Source of the DNA: Spirochaetia bacterium
Lineage (GTDB): Bacteria; Spirochaetota; Spirochaetia; SZUA-6; Bin103
Reading direction: 5' to 3'
Length of the DNA: 64,000 nt
Assembly (NCBI GenBank): GCA_965203905.1
Contig: CBDBDQ010000005.1
Location: 6,400,001-6,464,000, forward strand
The notes beneath the pieces are model-generated. The model was not told the DNA's origin. It searched no databases and saw only the letters and a program-made list of their open reading frames with translations. Within the stretch, counting starts at the first letter, position 1, and each line of letters opens with the position of its first letter. Below are positions 42,455 through 51,750 of this stretch, piece by piece. The position numbers were made by a program, and so were the translations under genes.

Positions 42455-43745
42455 GCGCTCCGTTCAGAAAGATCGAAAAGTGCAGATGGTCCTCGCTACT
42501 GTACCCGGTGTTCCCCATCTCGCCTACCTGCTGCCCCTGCCGGATGCGATCGCCGACCGTCACCAGTGCCTTGTCCAGGTGGGCGTACAACGTCTGGAAG
42601 CCTTCGGCATGACGCAGAATGAGGTAGCGGCCGTAGTTGCCGTTGTACCCCGCCTTTGCCACGGTGCCGCTCATCGCCGCGACCACGGAAGTTCCGCGCT
42701 GGTTGGCGATGTCGATGCCGTTGTGGAACTTGCGCAAGCCGGTAAAGGGGTCGTTGCGATAGCCGTACCCGGATGTTATGGGTCCGCGGGCGGGCCTGAC
42801 GAACAGTTGGCCGAGCACGCGGTTGCGGGCGTTCTCACTGAGCCCCACGCCCGGTATCAACAGGCTCTGTCCGGGAGTGATCGGCGAGCTCTCCACTTCG
42901 TTGATGTCGAGCAGAGCTGCCAGGCTCACCCCGTGACGCATCGCAATGCGGCTCGGGTTGTCGCCACGCCGCACCACGTAGCGGATTCCCGACCGGTTCG
43001 GAATGATCAGTTCCCGTCCCGGCTTCAGATCACGCTCACGCTTGATGTCGTTGAAACTGATAATCGTGTCCAGAGTGATGCCGAACCGGTCCGCCAGTGC
43101 GGCCAGAGTGTCCCCGGCGCCTACCTGGTAGCGCTCGTAGCGCACCCCCGGCTGGGCGCCTGGCGGAGTGTCCGCGCCGTCGGCGTCGGCAACCGACCTT
43201 GCGGTGGCAGCGGCGCCGATACTCCTCAGGTTGTCGAGCAGCGCCTTCTGCAGCCCGCCGTCGCCCGGTCGCAGCACTGCCCGCGTGCCGGCGCTGCCCA
43301 GGCCGGCCACCGCAGGAGCGACGAACTGGACCACCGCCGTGGCGCTGAAGGCGGCCGCTACCAGCAGCAGCCCCACCGCGACGGGAACGGGTCGGATCCA
43401 ACGCCGGGCCAGCAGGCCGCAACTCGCGCGCACACGGTTGAGGGTCTCGAACACTGCCGACCACGGGATGGCACGCCACAGGCGGTCCGTCTGGCCGCGG
43501 GACCGCGGCGGGTCGAGCAAGGCCGGCAGCCCGGAACGCAGCGGCGGCAGCGGAATCGCCGCCGTTGCACTCACGCTGAGATCCTCCATCCGGACGCCGG
43601 CGCGCTTATGACGGCTCGGCTGCTGCCTGATGCGGCTCGGTTGTTGGTTGTGCAGTGCCGAACGGGTGCCGTGCCGGTGGCGACGCCCGACTCTGCGCCG
43701 TCCGACGCGCTGGCCCCGCAAACCGGCGTAGGTGGCGTCACGCAT
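42426..43745 (-). CDS. LysM (x2) and M23 peptidoglycan endopeptidase
   Basis: YQVGAGDTL, YVVRRGD, HNGID, YAH, HLHF; start uncertain. Confidence 0.88.
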   Translation of the reverse strand: MRDATYAGLRGQRVGRRRVGRRHRHGTRSALHNQQPSRIRQQPSRHKRAGVRMEDLSVSATAAIPLPPLRSGLPALLDPPRSRGQTDRLWRAIPWSAVFETLNRVRASCGLLARRWIRPVPVAVGLLLVAAAFSATAVVQFVAPAVAGLGSAGTRAVLRPGDGGLQKALLDNLRSIGAAATARSVADADGADTPPGAQPGVRYERYQVGAGDTLAALADRFGITLDTIISFNDIKRERDLKPGRELIIPNRSGIRYVVRRGDNPSRIAMRHGVSLAALLDINEVESSPITPGQSLLIPGVGLSENARNRVLGQLFVRPARGPITSGYGYRNDPFTGLRKFHNGIDIANQRGTSVVAAMSGTVAKAGYNGNYGRYLILRHAEGFQTLYAHLDKALVTVGDRIRQGQQVGEMGNTGYSSEDHLHFSIFLNGAHVDPSEHLQ

Positions 43746-43754
43746 TCATTCTGC

Positions 43755-43782
43755 ATATCGACAACTCGTGCGCCGGTCATTA
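43755..43782 (-). promoter_or_regulatory. Putative sigma28 (FliA) promoter upstream of the M23 peptidases
   Basis: TAAT-16 nt-GTCGATAT compared with consensus TAAA-N15/16-GCCGATAT; the -35 overlaps an upstream stop codon. Confidence 0.4.
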
Positions 43783-44250
43783 CGTCCGAGTGGCTGGCTT
43801 GGTCGCCGTGCCGGGATCGGGCCGGTGCGGCACCAGACCGCGGTCGGCCGCCAGGTTGAGGATCAGCTCCACCTCGCCCGGGCTGGTAGCGAGGCGGTCA
43901 GCGATCACGGCGCTGGAGAATCCGAGGCCCCGTAGCCGCATCACCTGAGCCTCCCGCTCCCCGGCGCCACCGCAAAGGGCAGGCGCCGCCGCATGGCGCT
44001 GTTCCGGAACACTCCGCGACGCCCGTCGATCGGCCTCGCGCAGCGATTCGTCCAGACGCCGGATTCGATCTTCCAGCAGGGTGACGTTACGCTCCGCGGT
44101 GGCGTTCATCTCGGCTGTCAATTCGGCCACCCGAGAGCACAGCGCAGGCGCTTGGTCGAACCCGCGAAGTCTACGATCGAGATATCGTCGCAGCACCAGA
44201 AACAACACCGCAAGCCCGACAAGCTGCACCGCAACGAGGGCTAAGACCAC
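43780..44250 (-). CDS. Hypothetical protein: N-terminal TM helix, coiled coil, C-terminal HTH-like segment
   Basis: 'EMNATAERNVTLLEDRI', 'GFSSAVIADRLATSPGEVELIL'. Confidence 0.65.
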   Translation of the reverse strand: MVLALVAVQLVGLAVLFLVLRRYLDRRLRGFDQAPALCSRVAELTAEMNATAERNVTLLEDRIRRLDESLREADRRASRSVPEQRHAAAPALCGGAGEREAQVMRLRGLGFSSAVIADRLATSPGEVELILNLAADRGLVPHRPDPGTATKPATRT

Positions 44251-44260
44251 GCGCTAGCGC

Positions 44261-45073
44261 TCAAGTGATGCCACGTTTGAGGTTGGTCAGCTTGGCTCGC
44301 AGCCGGATGATCGCCTTGGTGTGAAGCTGCGACACGCGGGACTCGGTGACCTCCAGCACCTCGCCAATCTCGCGCAGTGTCAGCTCCTCGTAGTAATACA
44401 GCACGAGCACCCGTTGTTCCTTTTCCGGAAGCTCCTTGAGGGCCTCCAACATGACCCGCTTGATCTCATCCTTCTCTACGATGGTGTCGGGATTCAAGCT
44501 CGCCGGAGACTCCACGCTCTCCGCGATCGAGATGCGATCACTGTCATCGCCGCTGTGCCACAAGTCATTCAACGACATCACCGCGGTGCTGCTGATCTTC
44601 AGCAGCAACTGCTGAAATTCCTTCAGCGGCAGATTCATCTCGCGGGCCAGCTCGGCATCGGTCGCAGCGCGTCCCAGAGTAGCCTCCAGCTGGCGGACGG
44701 TATCCTCCACTTCGCGGGCTTTCTGGCGAACCGAGCGGGGCACCCAGTCATTGCTGCGCAGTTCGTCGAAAATCGCCCCGCGAATACGGGTCACGGCGTA
44801 GGTCTTGAACTTGACGTGCTTGGTGGGGTCGAACTTCTCGATGGCGTCGAACAGTCCGAACACGCCATATCCGACCAGGTCATCGAACTCCACGCTGCCG
44901 GGCATGCCCACCGCTACCTTTCCGGCCACGTACTTGACCAGCGGGGCATACTGTCGCACGAAGTAGTCACGGATTGCTATATCTTTATTAGCCCTATAAT
45001 TGTTCCACATTTCCTGTTCTTCGTCCTGGCTCAGCGGAGCGGTCGTCCTGCGCTCTTGGATACTAGTCGACAT
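44261..45073 (-). CDS. fliA: RNA polymerase sigma factor FliA/WhiG (sigma28)
   Basis: YAPLVKYVA, FKTYAVTRIRGAIFDELRSNDWVPRS, LTLREIGEVLEVTESRVSQLH. Confidence 0.95.
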   Translation of the reverse strand: MSTSIQERRTTAPLSQDEEQEMWNNYRANKDIAIRDYFVRQYAPLVKYVAGKVAVGMPGSVEFDDLVGYGVFGLFDAIEKFDPTKHVKFKTYAVTRIRGAIFDELRSNDWVPRSVRQKAREVEDTVRQLEATLGRAATDAELAREMNLPLKEFQQLLLKISSTAVMSLNDLWHSGDDSDRISIAESVESPASLNPDTIVEKDEIKRVMLEALKELPEKEQRVLVLYYYEELTLREIGEVLEVTESRVSQLHTKAIIRLRAKLTNLKRGIT

Positions 45074-45254
45074 GGCGCACTTCTACCTGCCTCGCAGCGG
45101 CGTCAACCAGCGGCGTCCAGCCGTGGCAAAGCGACCACCGAACCGAGGGCCGAGGATATGCCCCTGCTCCGAAGCGCCTCCGGACCATAACGAATTGTGA
45201 CACATGGCAGTGAACATGATGTTGCAACACTTGGTGCCCAACCTTACCGCAAAC

Positions 45255-45284
45255 AGGGTAGATGACATTTCCCCGCAAGGTCAA
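45255..45284 (-). promoter_or_regulatory. Putative sigma70 promoter of fliA
   Basis: TTGACC-18 nt-TACCCT in the flhF-fliA gap. Confidence 0.45.
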
Positions 45285-45328
45285 CATCCTGGCCCTCCTT
45301 GGCTGCAAAATTCTGAGCGAAATTGGCG

Positions 45329-46597
45329 TCATGCGGTCACCCGAGAGGCTTCCTCGGAACGCCACGAGGAAGCGGCCACCGAATTCTGTGTGGCTCCGGT
45401 ACTGGCGCCGAATTGCTCCTCCAGCAACCTGCGATCGAGACGAAACCCATCCAGGCTCAGGAGCAAACGCAGGGCCGATGCCGGCGCGATGTCCTGCGGT
45501 ACCACTTGCCCATCGCAACAGTAGGAAAGCGGTTTCCGGACGGCTCCGAGGACCGACAGCAGATTTCCAATGGTGGCCGTCTCGTCGAGCTTGGTAACGA
45601 TTACACCATCGTACGCAAACGGCTCGAATTGACGCATGATCTCCTCCAGGTCGGCGTACTTCGTGGTCGCGCTTACCACCAGCTGAGTGGTGCCGTGGCG
45701 GCCCACGGCGTCGAGCAACGAACGTATCTCTGCCAAGTGCGTATAGTTGCCTGGACTGCGCCCCACGGTGTCAACGAAAATCACCTCGGCGTCCTGCCCC
45801 AGCGCGATGGCCTTCTTCAGCTCGTCGGCAGTTTCCGCCGCCGTAACCGGGATTCGCATGATCTCGCCGTAGGTCTCGATCTGCTGGCGTGCGCCGATGC
45901 GGTAGTTGTCGATGGTCACGATGCGCACCCGGCAATCCGGCGACTCGGCGCTGCCGCCGATCGCGTGCAGTGCCGCCAGCTTGGCGATGGTCGTCGTCTT
46001 GCCCACGCCGGTGGGTCCAACCACGGTGCAGATGCGCGGTCCGGCGGCAGCGCCGACAGCCTCCGCCAGCGGGGCGGCCAGCCGCACCTCGCGGCCGATC
46101 TGGCACGCCACGTACTGATGCACCGCGGGCAGATCATCCAGTTTCGACAACGGGAACTCCGCCCGCACCTGCTCGATCAGCCGCCGCCGCACGTGCGCGG
46201 CGAAGTCGTTGCGCAGCAGCAACGCGTCGAGAGCGTCCAGTTGCGGATGCCCGGTCTGGCGGGGGGCGATCGCGGCTCCTTCGGGGAGCGACTCATCCAG
46301 ACGGGAGCGCAGTGCGGCGACCTCGTCCGCCAGCCGTTGCAGCCCGGTGCCGGACGCCGCACGATGCAGGATCTTGCGCTTTTCGCCGTCCAGGTCGGTC
46401 ACTTCGGGAGTTCCGTGCTCCGGCGTCGACGGTTCCACGAAACCGGTGATCTCCACACCGTCGCGGGCGAACAGCCCCAGCACACCACCCATCCGTACCG
46501 GACGATGGGAGTGAATACGGGCCTCGGGTCCATACAACCGCTTCATGGTCGCCAGGGCTTCGCGGGGTGTCGCACCCTGAATCGTGAAGTACTCCAT
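45329..46597 (-). CDS. flhF: SRP-type GTPase FlhF
   Basis: MEYFTIQG...[43 protein letters not shown]. Confidence 0.93.
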   Translation of the reverse strand: MEYFTIQGATPREALATMKRLYGPEARIHSHRPVRMGGVLGLFARDGVEITGFVEPSTPEHGTPEVTDLDGEKRKILHRAASGTGLQRLADEVAALRSRLDESLPEGAAIAPRQTGHPQLDALDALLLRNDFAAHVRRRLIEQVRAEFPLSKLDDLPAVHQYVACQIGREVRLAAPLAEAVGAAAGPRICTVVGPTGVGKTTTIAKLAALHAIGGSAESPDCRVRIVTIDNYRIGARQQIETYGEIMRIPVTAAETADELKKAIALGQDAEVIFVDTVGRSPGNYTHLAEIRSLLDAVGRHGTTQLVVSATTKYADLEEIMRQFEPFAYDGVIVTKLDETATIGNLLSVLGAVRKPLSYCCDGQVVPQDIAPASALRLLLSLDGFRLDRRLLEEQFGASTGATQNSVAASSWRSEEASRVTA

Positions 46598-46605
46598 CGG
46601 CAACC

Positions 46606-48591
46606 TCAGCGGCCGTCTCCCAGCCGCACCTCGGCAACCGACTGCAAGGCGACCTCAGGCGCCACCTCGGTAGTTGCCAGACACACCAGATGGGGGAGCT
46701 CCCGGCGGGTGGTTGCGCGTACCCGGACGCGGGCCTCGGAGGAACTCAGTACCGCGGGCCGGACTCCCTGTCGCGAGGCCCGCGCGAGGGTCCCGGACAG
46801 CGCCTCGATCCAGCGCCGCCGCGCCCCCGCTTCCATGCCGTGCGCCGCGTCAGCGCCGGCCAGAAGCTGCCGTTCGCACTCCGGTGCGAGGGTGATCACG
46901 CGCAGCACTCCGTCGCTGCCGGCATGCTGCAGGCTGATCTGGCGGGCCAGGGTGCGCCGTACCTGTTGCACCAGGAAGGCTGGGTCGCGGTTTGCGGACG
47001 CCCAATCTGCCAGCGTCTCCAGAATCGCCGGCAAGTCACGGATCGCTACCTGCTCCGCCAGCAGTCCCTGCAGCACGCGCCGGATTTCGCCGATCGACAA
47101 CACAGCGGTCACTTCTTCCACGGTAGTGGGATAATCCGCGCGCAGGCGGTCCAGCAGCGACCGCACCTGGTCGCGTCCCAACAGCTCCGCGGCGTGTCCA
47201 CGCAACAGCGCGCCGAGCCGGGCAACCAGAGCGTCGTTACTTCCGATCCGCCCGCGGCCCCGGCCCGCCTCGATGCCACGGATCTTCAGCAGATACTCCG
47301 ACGGCGCCAACTGCAGGTTGTCGCAAACCCGAACGTGCGGCACCGGGACGCCCCACTCCTGAGCCATCTGCGCGCGCAGGCGGGCGATGCGATCGAGCAA
47401 GTCGCCACCTGACTGGCCCTCGGCCATCGGCACCAGGGCGAGGCCCAGCTCCAGGCGCAGCGGCTCCGGAGGCGCCCCCGCCGCGGCGCCGGCGCCGTCG
47501 GCGCGCGCGGCGTACGCCGTGGCGGCCGCGCCCGCCACGGCGTACGGTTCGCCGGCGCCGGAATCCGCCTCACCTCCGGCGGCAGCCTGGGTCGCGCGCT
47601 CACCGGGTCGCGCCCGAGCCACGGCGTAGCCCAGCGCCGCGACTGCCGCCGCCAGCGGCAGCAACAGCAGCGGCGGGAACCCCGGCAGCAGCGCCAACAC
47701 CGCCAGGAACGCTCCGGTGATGTAGAAGGGGCGATCGTAGAACGAGAACTGGCGGGCCAGGTCGCGGCCGAACGAAACGCCGGAGATCGCTCGTGTGACG
47801 ACGATGCCGGTAGCGGTTGAGATCAGCAGCGCCGGAAGCTGGGTCACCAGACCGTCGCCGATGGTGAGGGTGGCATAGGTCTGCGCCGCCGCGGCCAGGG
47901 ACTCGCCATGTACGCTCACCCCCATGATCAGGCCGCCCGCGAGATTGACCAGGGTGATGATGATGGCGACGCGGACGCTGCCCGAGACGAACTTGGAAGC
48001 ACCATCCATGGCGCCGTAGAAGTTGCTCTGCCGCTGCAGCTCCTGCTTGCGCTGCTGAGCCTGAACCTCGGTGAGCAGGCCGGCGTGATACTCCGCGTCG
48101 ATCGCCATCTGCCGGCCCGGCAGGGCATCCAGGGTGAATCGGGCCGCTACCTCCGCCACCCGCGTCGAGCCCTTGGTAATGACGACGAACTGTACCGCGA
48201 TGATTATGGTGAAGATGACGAGACCGATCAGGTAGCCGGCGACGCCGGACGCCCCTACCACGAAACTGCCGAATGCACGCACCACGCGCCCGTCGAAGGC
48301 CGCTCCCTGCGCCAGGATGAGGCGGGTCGAGGACACGTTGAGGGCCAGGCCGAAGACCGTGGCCAGCAGCAGCAGGGTGGGAAACACCGTGAACTCCAGG
48401 GTGTCGCGGGCGTACAGCACGATGAGAATCACCAGCAGGCTGAGGCAGATGTTGAGCAGCATGAACAGATCGAGCAGCACCCCCGGCAAGGGGATGAGCA
48501 GCATCAGGATCGCCACGCACACGAACACCGCCACCAGAACGTCGCCGCGCTGGCGCCACCGCTCCCCGACACCGTGCCTCACGTCGGCCAT
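46606..48591 (-). CDS. flhA: Export apparatus protein FlhA with an internally deleted cytoplasmic domain
   Basis: FPTLLL, LNVSSTRLIL, RVAEVAARFTLDALPG, FYGAMDGASKF, IGDGLV, IRDL..ILE; RBS GGAGG. Confidence 0.93.
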   Translation of the reverse strand: MADVRHGVGERWRQRGDVLVAVFVCVAILMLLIPLPGVLLDLFMLLNICLSLLVILIVLYARDTLEFTVFPTLLLLATVFGLALNVSSTRLILAQGAAFDGRVVRAFGSFVVGASGVAGYLIGLVIFTIIIAVQFVVITKGSTRVAEVAARFTLDALPGRQMAIDAEYHAGLLTEVQAQQRKQELQRQSNFYGAMDGASKFVSGSVRVAIIITLVNLAGGLIMGVSVHGESLAAAAQTYATLTIGDGLVTQLPALLISTATGIVVTRAISGVSFGRDLARQFSFYDRPFYITGAFLAVLALLPGFPPLLLLPLAAAVAALGYAVARARPGERATQAAAGGEADSGAGEPYAVAGAAATAYAARADGAGAAAGAPPEPLRLELGLALVPMAEGQSGGDLLDRIARLRAQMAQEWGVPVPHVRVCDNLQLAPSEYLLKIRGIEAGRGRGRIGSNDALVARLGALLRGHAAELLGRDQVRSLLDRLRADYPTTVEEVTAVLSIGEIRRVLQGLLAEQVAIRDLPAILETLADWASANRDPAFLVQQVRRTLARQISLQHAGSDGVLRVITLAPECERQLLAGADAAHGMEAGARRRWIEALSGTLARASRQGVRPAVLSSSEARVRVRATTRRELPHLVCLATTEVAPEVALQSVAEVRLGDGR

Positions 48592-49727
48592 GCAGCCTCC
48601 GTGCCACCGGTGTGGCGCACTGCCGCCAGAAGCCTGGCCGCCGGCTGGTAGAACGGTTCCGGAATCGGATCCCCGACGGCGACCTCCCGCCACACCGCTT
48701 CCGCCAGCGTTCGGTCCTCCACCACGGCTACGCCGTTGGCCGCGGCCAGCGCTCCGATCCGCTGCGCGGCGGTCGCCATCCCCTTGGCTACCACCACCGG
48801 TGCGCGCATGGTCGTGCCGTCCCAGCGCAGCGCCACCGCGCGTCGTTCACCGTGGGCAATCACCACGTCGGCCGCCGCCACCTGAGCGCCCATGGTGCGG
48901 CGCAGCAGCTCGCGCATGCGGCCCCGCAGCCGATCCCGGACCGCCGGGTCGCCCTCCTGGCGGCGGCGTTCGTCGCGTACCTCCCGCGGTGACATCCGCA
49001 ACCGCAGCCGATGCCGATAGCGCCGGAACAGGTAGTCGACCAGGGCCAGCGCCAGCAGCGCGACCGCCGTCTGGGCGCCGCAACGCAGGGCCGCGCGTGC
49101 CAGCACGGCGCCGGCCACGGCCAGCGACGTGCCGGCCAGCGTCTCCAGCACGGTGCCGATGGTGGACACGGCAGCGGCGCCGACGACCACTACCTTGAGC
49201 AGTTCCTTGACCAGGCTGAAGACCGCCTCTGCCGAGAGCGCGCGCTGCCGCAAGCGCCTCCAGCGCGGCACGATACGGCTCAGGTCGGGCACCACGGGGC
49301 GCACGGCGACTCGCCGTCCACCCTGCACCAGGTTTCCCAACAAGGCGCCCGCCACGCCGACCGCCGCCACCGGCAGCGACAGCCGGGCGACATAGCTGAA
49401 CGCCGCCGGCGCAATCGCGGCCGGCTCCGGAACCTGCGCGGTTCCGATTGCGGCCAGGAAGTGGCGTACCATCGCGCCGGTGCTGGCGATCAGCGAGGAG
49501 CCGAGCAGCGCCAGGGCGGTGACTCCGCAGAGCAGCACGAGCGCTGCCGTCAGCTCGGGAGAGTGGAACCCCTGTCCGGTCTCCCGCGCCGTGCGCATGC
49601 GCAGTGCGCTGGGTGGCTCGGTGCGGATCTCGTCAGCCTCCGCGAACCATTGCAGGTGCACATGGGCATAGCCCGCGGCGAACGCGCCCGCAACGGCCGT
49701 TGCGGCGGTGGAGCAGCCGGCGCTCAC
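48579..49727 (-). CDS. flhB: Export apparatus protein FlhB lacking the NPTH motif
   Basis: HLQWFA..RTEPPS, LRMSPREVRDERRRQEGDP, ADVVIAHGERRAVAL, APVVVAKG; GTG overlaps the fliR stop. Confidence 0.9.
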   Translation of the reverse strand: MSAGCSTAATAVAGAFAAGYAHVHLQWFAEADEIRTEPPSALRMRTARETGQGFHSPELTAALVLLCGVTALALLGSSLIASTGAMVRHFLAAIGTAQVPEPAAIAPAAFSYVARLSLPVAAVGVAGALLGNLVQGGRRVAVRPVVPDLSRIVPRWRRLRQRALSAEAVFSLVKELLKVVVVGAAAVSTIGTVLETLAGTSLAVAGAVLARAALRCGAQTAVALLALALVDYLFRRYRHRLRLRMSPREVRDERRRQEGDPAVRDRLRGRMRELLRRTMGAQVAAADVVIAHGERRAVALRWDGTTMRAPVVVAKGMATAAQRIGALAAANGVAVVEDRTLAEAVWREVAVGDPIPEPFYQPAARLLAAVRHTGGTEAAWPT

Positions 49728-50581
49728 GGTGCCCCCACCTGCGGCACCGAGCCGCCCGGCGGCAGTGTCCGCGCTGCGGCGCCCAACTCCGCGAGGAGCC
49801 GGCGCAGTTCCACGAAGGCGCCATCGATCACCGCCGCCGCCGCATCGAGCAGCAGCGGCAGGGTGAGCAGCAGGAGCACCAGTCCTGCACCCAGCGAGAC
49901 GGGCAGCCCCAGCATCAGCAGATTCATCTGCGGCGCTGCCTTGGCCAGCAGGGCGAGCGCGATCGATACCAGCAGCAAGGCGCCGAAGATCGGCAGCGCG
50001 ATGGTCAGGGCGGTGCTGAACAGCCGGGCCAGACTGCCGGCTGCGCGCTGCAGCAGCAGCCCTGCGCCGCGCAGGGCACCGGCCTCCAGGCTGATCACCA
50101 GATCGGCCGCGCGCAAGGCTTGAAACGAGCCCGCGACGCCCACCAGCAGCAGCCGGTGCAGCCCGCCGACCGAGAGGAACACCAGTACCGCCAGCAGTGA
50201 GAACACCTGGCTCAACAGGGGTGACCGATGGCCTGACAGCGGATCGAACAGCTCCGCGACGCCGAAGCCGACCGACAGCGATATGAACTGCCCGGCCAGG
50301 CGCAGCGCGGCGAAAGCCAGATACACCAGAAAGCCGAGCAGGGCACCGAGCAGAGCCTCGCCCAGCAGCAACAACCCGTACTGCATGCCCGATGGCGGCA
50401 GCGGATAGCCCGCGGCCGCTACGCCGGGCAGCGCGATCAGAGCGATGAACACGGCCAGACCGATCTTTCCCACCTGCGGAATCGCGCGCGACGAGAGCAG
50501 CGGAGCTACCTGGATCATGGCCAGCACCCGCGCCAGCACCAGGAGTCCCACCCCCAGGTCGTCGAGCAGGCCGCGGATCAC
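49724..50581 (-). CDS. fliR: Export gate protein FliR
   Basis: AGQFIS..GFG..FDP, KAAPQMN. Confidence 0.92.
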   Translation of the reverse strand: MIRGLLDDLGVGLLVLARVLAMIQVAPLLSSRAIPQVGKIGLAVFIALIALPGVAAAGYPLPPSGMQYGLLLLGEALLGALLGFLVYLAFAALRLAGQFISLSVGFGVAELFDPLSGHRSPLLSQVFSLLAVLVFLSVGGLHRLLLVGVAGSFQALRAADLVISLEAGALRGAGLLLQRAAGSLARLFSTALTIALPIFGALLLVSIALALLAKAAPQMNLLMLGLPVSLGAGLVLLLLTLPLLLDAAAAVIDGAFVELRRLLAELGAAARTLPPGGSVPQVGAP

Positions 50582-50624
50582 GCCACCCCACCGTTGGTGC
50601 CTCTGGCAATAGCAGCCGCGGCCG

Positions 50625-50894
50625 TCATCGCGCCATCCCCGGTATGCTCTCGAACAGGCGCCGGGTGAAGTCCAGCATGGAGCCGCCGAGCCAGGGGCCC
50701 AGCAGCAGTGCGGTTCCGAGGACGGCGAAGATCTTCGGCACGAACGTGAGCGTCTGCTCCTGGATCGACGTGGTGGCCTGCAGAACCGAGATCACGAGTC
50801 CCACCAGCACACTGATCAGCAGCATCGGACCCGCCATCAACAGTAGTTGCAGCACGGCGTCCCGTGCCAGGCCGGCTACCGCGCCCAGCGTCAC
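50625..50894 (-). CDS. fliQ: Export gate protein FliQ
   Basis: VGLVISVLQATTSIQEQTLTFVPKI; GTG start with RBS GGAGG. Confidence 0.93.
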   Translation of the reverse strand: MTLGAVAGLARDAVLQLLLMAGPMLLISVLVGLVISVLQATTSIQEQTLTFVPKIFAVLGTALLLGPWLGGSMLDFTRRLFESIPGMAR

Positions 50895-50961
50895 GAACGG
50901 CCTCCGCGCAGCCGCCGGCGGCCACCGTGCACTGCCCCGGGTGCCGTTTTGCCGTGGCACC

Positions 50962-51750
50962 TCACCGGAAGCTCCCTATCACCTGCATGGTGAGCAGGTC
51001 CCAGCCGTCCACCAGGACGAACAGGATCAGTTTGAACGGCAGCGAGATGAGCACCGGGGGCAACACGATGATGCCCATCGAGATCAGGGTCGTCGCCACC
51101 ACCATGTCGATGATGACGAACGGGATGAAGATGAGAACGCCGATCTTGAACGCCACCGTCAGCTCATGGAGGATGAACGCAGGGATGAGAATGTAGGTCG
51201 GCACGTCGGCCCGGGTGTTCGGCTTGGGCAGCTCACGCATGCGCATGAACAGACGGATGTTGTCGGCGTCGTCGCCAAGCTGGCGGAACATGAATTCGCG
51301 CACCGGCACTTCCGCGCGCTGCAGCAGCTGGGTGCTGCTCAGCTCGCCGCGGGTAAACGGCTGCAGCGCGTCGCGATTGATCGCCTCGAACGTCGGCCAC
51401 ATGATGAACGCGGTAAGGAACAGGGCGACGCCCATCAGCACCTGGTTGGGCGGCATCTCCTGCAGCGACAACGCTCGCTTGACGAAGTGGAACACGATCG
51501 CCAGGCGCAGAAACGAGGTGGTCAGGATCATGATCGAGGGTGCCAGGGAAAGCACGGCCAGGAGCACCAGGAGCTGCAGGGACAGCGCCAGTTCCTGATT
51601 CGACTGCGCGTCGCGCAGAGTCAGATCCAGAAACGGAATGCCGGGCGCGGAGACGGCCTCCGGCGCCACCGACTGAGCCGCGGCCGGCAGCGGTCCGCAC
51701 AGCGCTGCGGCCAGCAGCGCCGTGGCGATCAACAGGCTAGTCCGCGGCAC
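50962..51750 (-). CDS. fliP: Export gate protein FliP
   Basis: Signal peptide, TSFLR, PPNQVL, PAFILHEL, SLPFKLILFVLVDGW. Confidence 0.95.
   Translation of the reverse strand: MPRTSLLIATALLAAALCGPLPAAAQSVAPEAVSAPGIPFLDLTLRDAQSNQELALSLQLLVLLAVLSLAPSIMILTTSFLRLAIVFHFVKRALSLQEMPPNQVLMGVALFLTAFIMWPTFEAINRDALQPFTRGELSSTQLLQRAEVPVREFMFRQLGDDADNIRLFMRMRELPKPNTRADVPTYILIPAFILHELTVAFKIGVLIFIPFVIIDMVVATTLISMGIIVLPPVLISLPFKLILFVLVDGWDLLTMQVIGSFR

Noticed and set aside
47970-48000. FlhA lacks the Asp equivalent to Salmonella D208 (KFVSGS instead of KFVRGD)
   Set aside because: As I recall, spirochete FlhA commonly has a non-Asp residue here, so it is not evidence of remodelling without an alignment.
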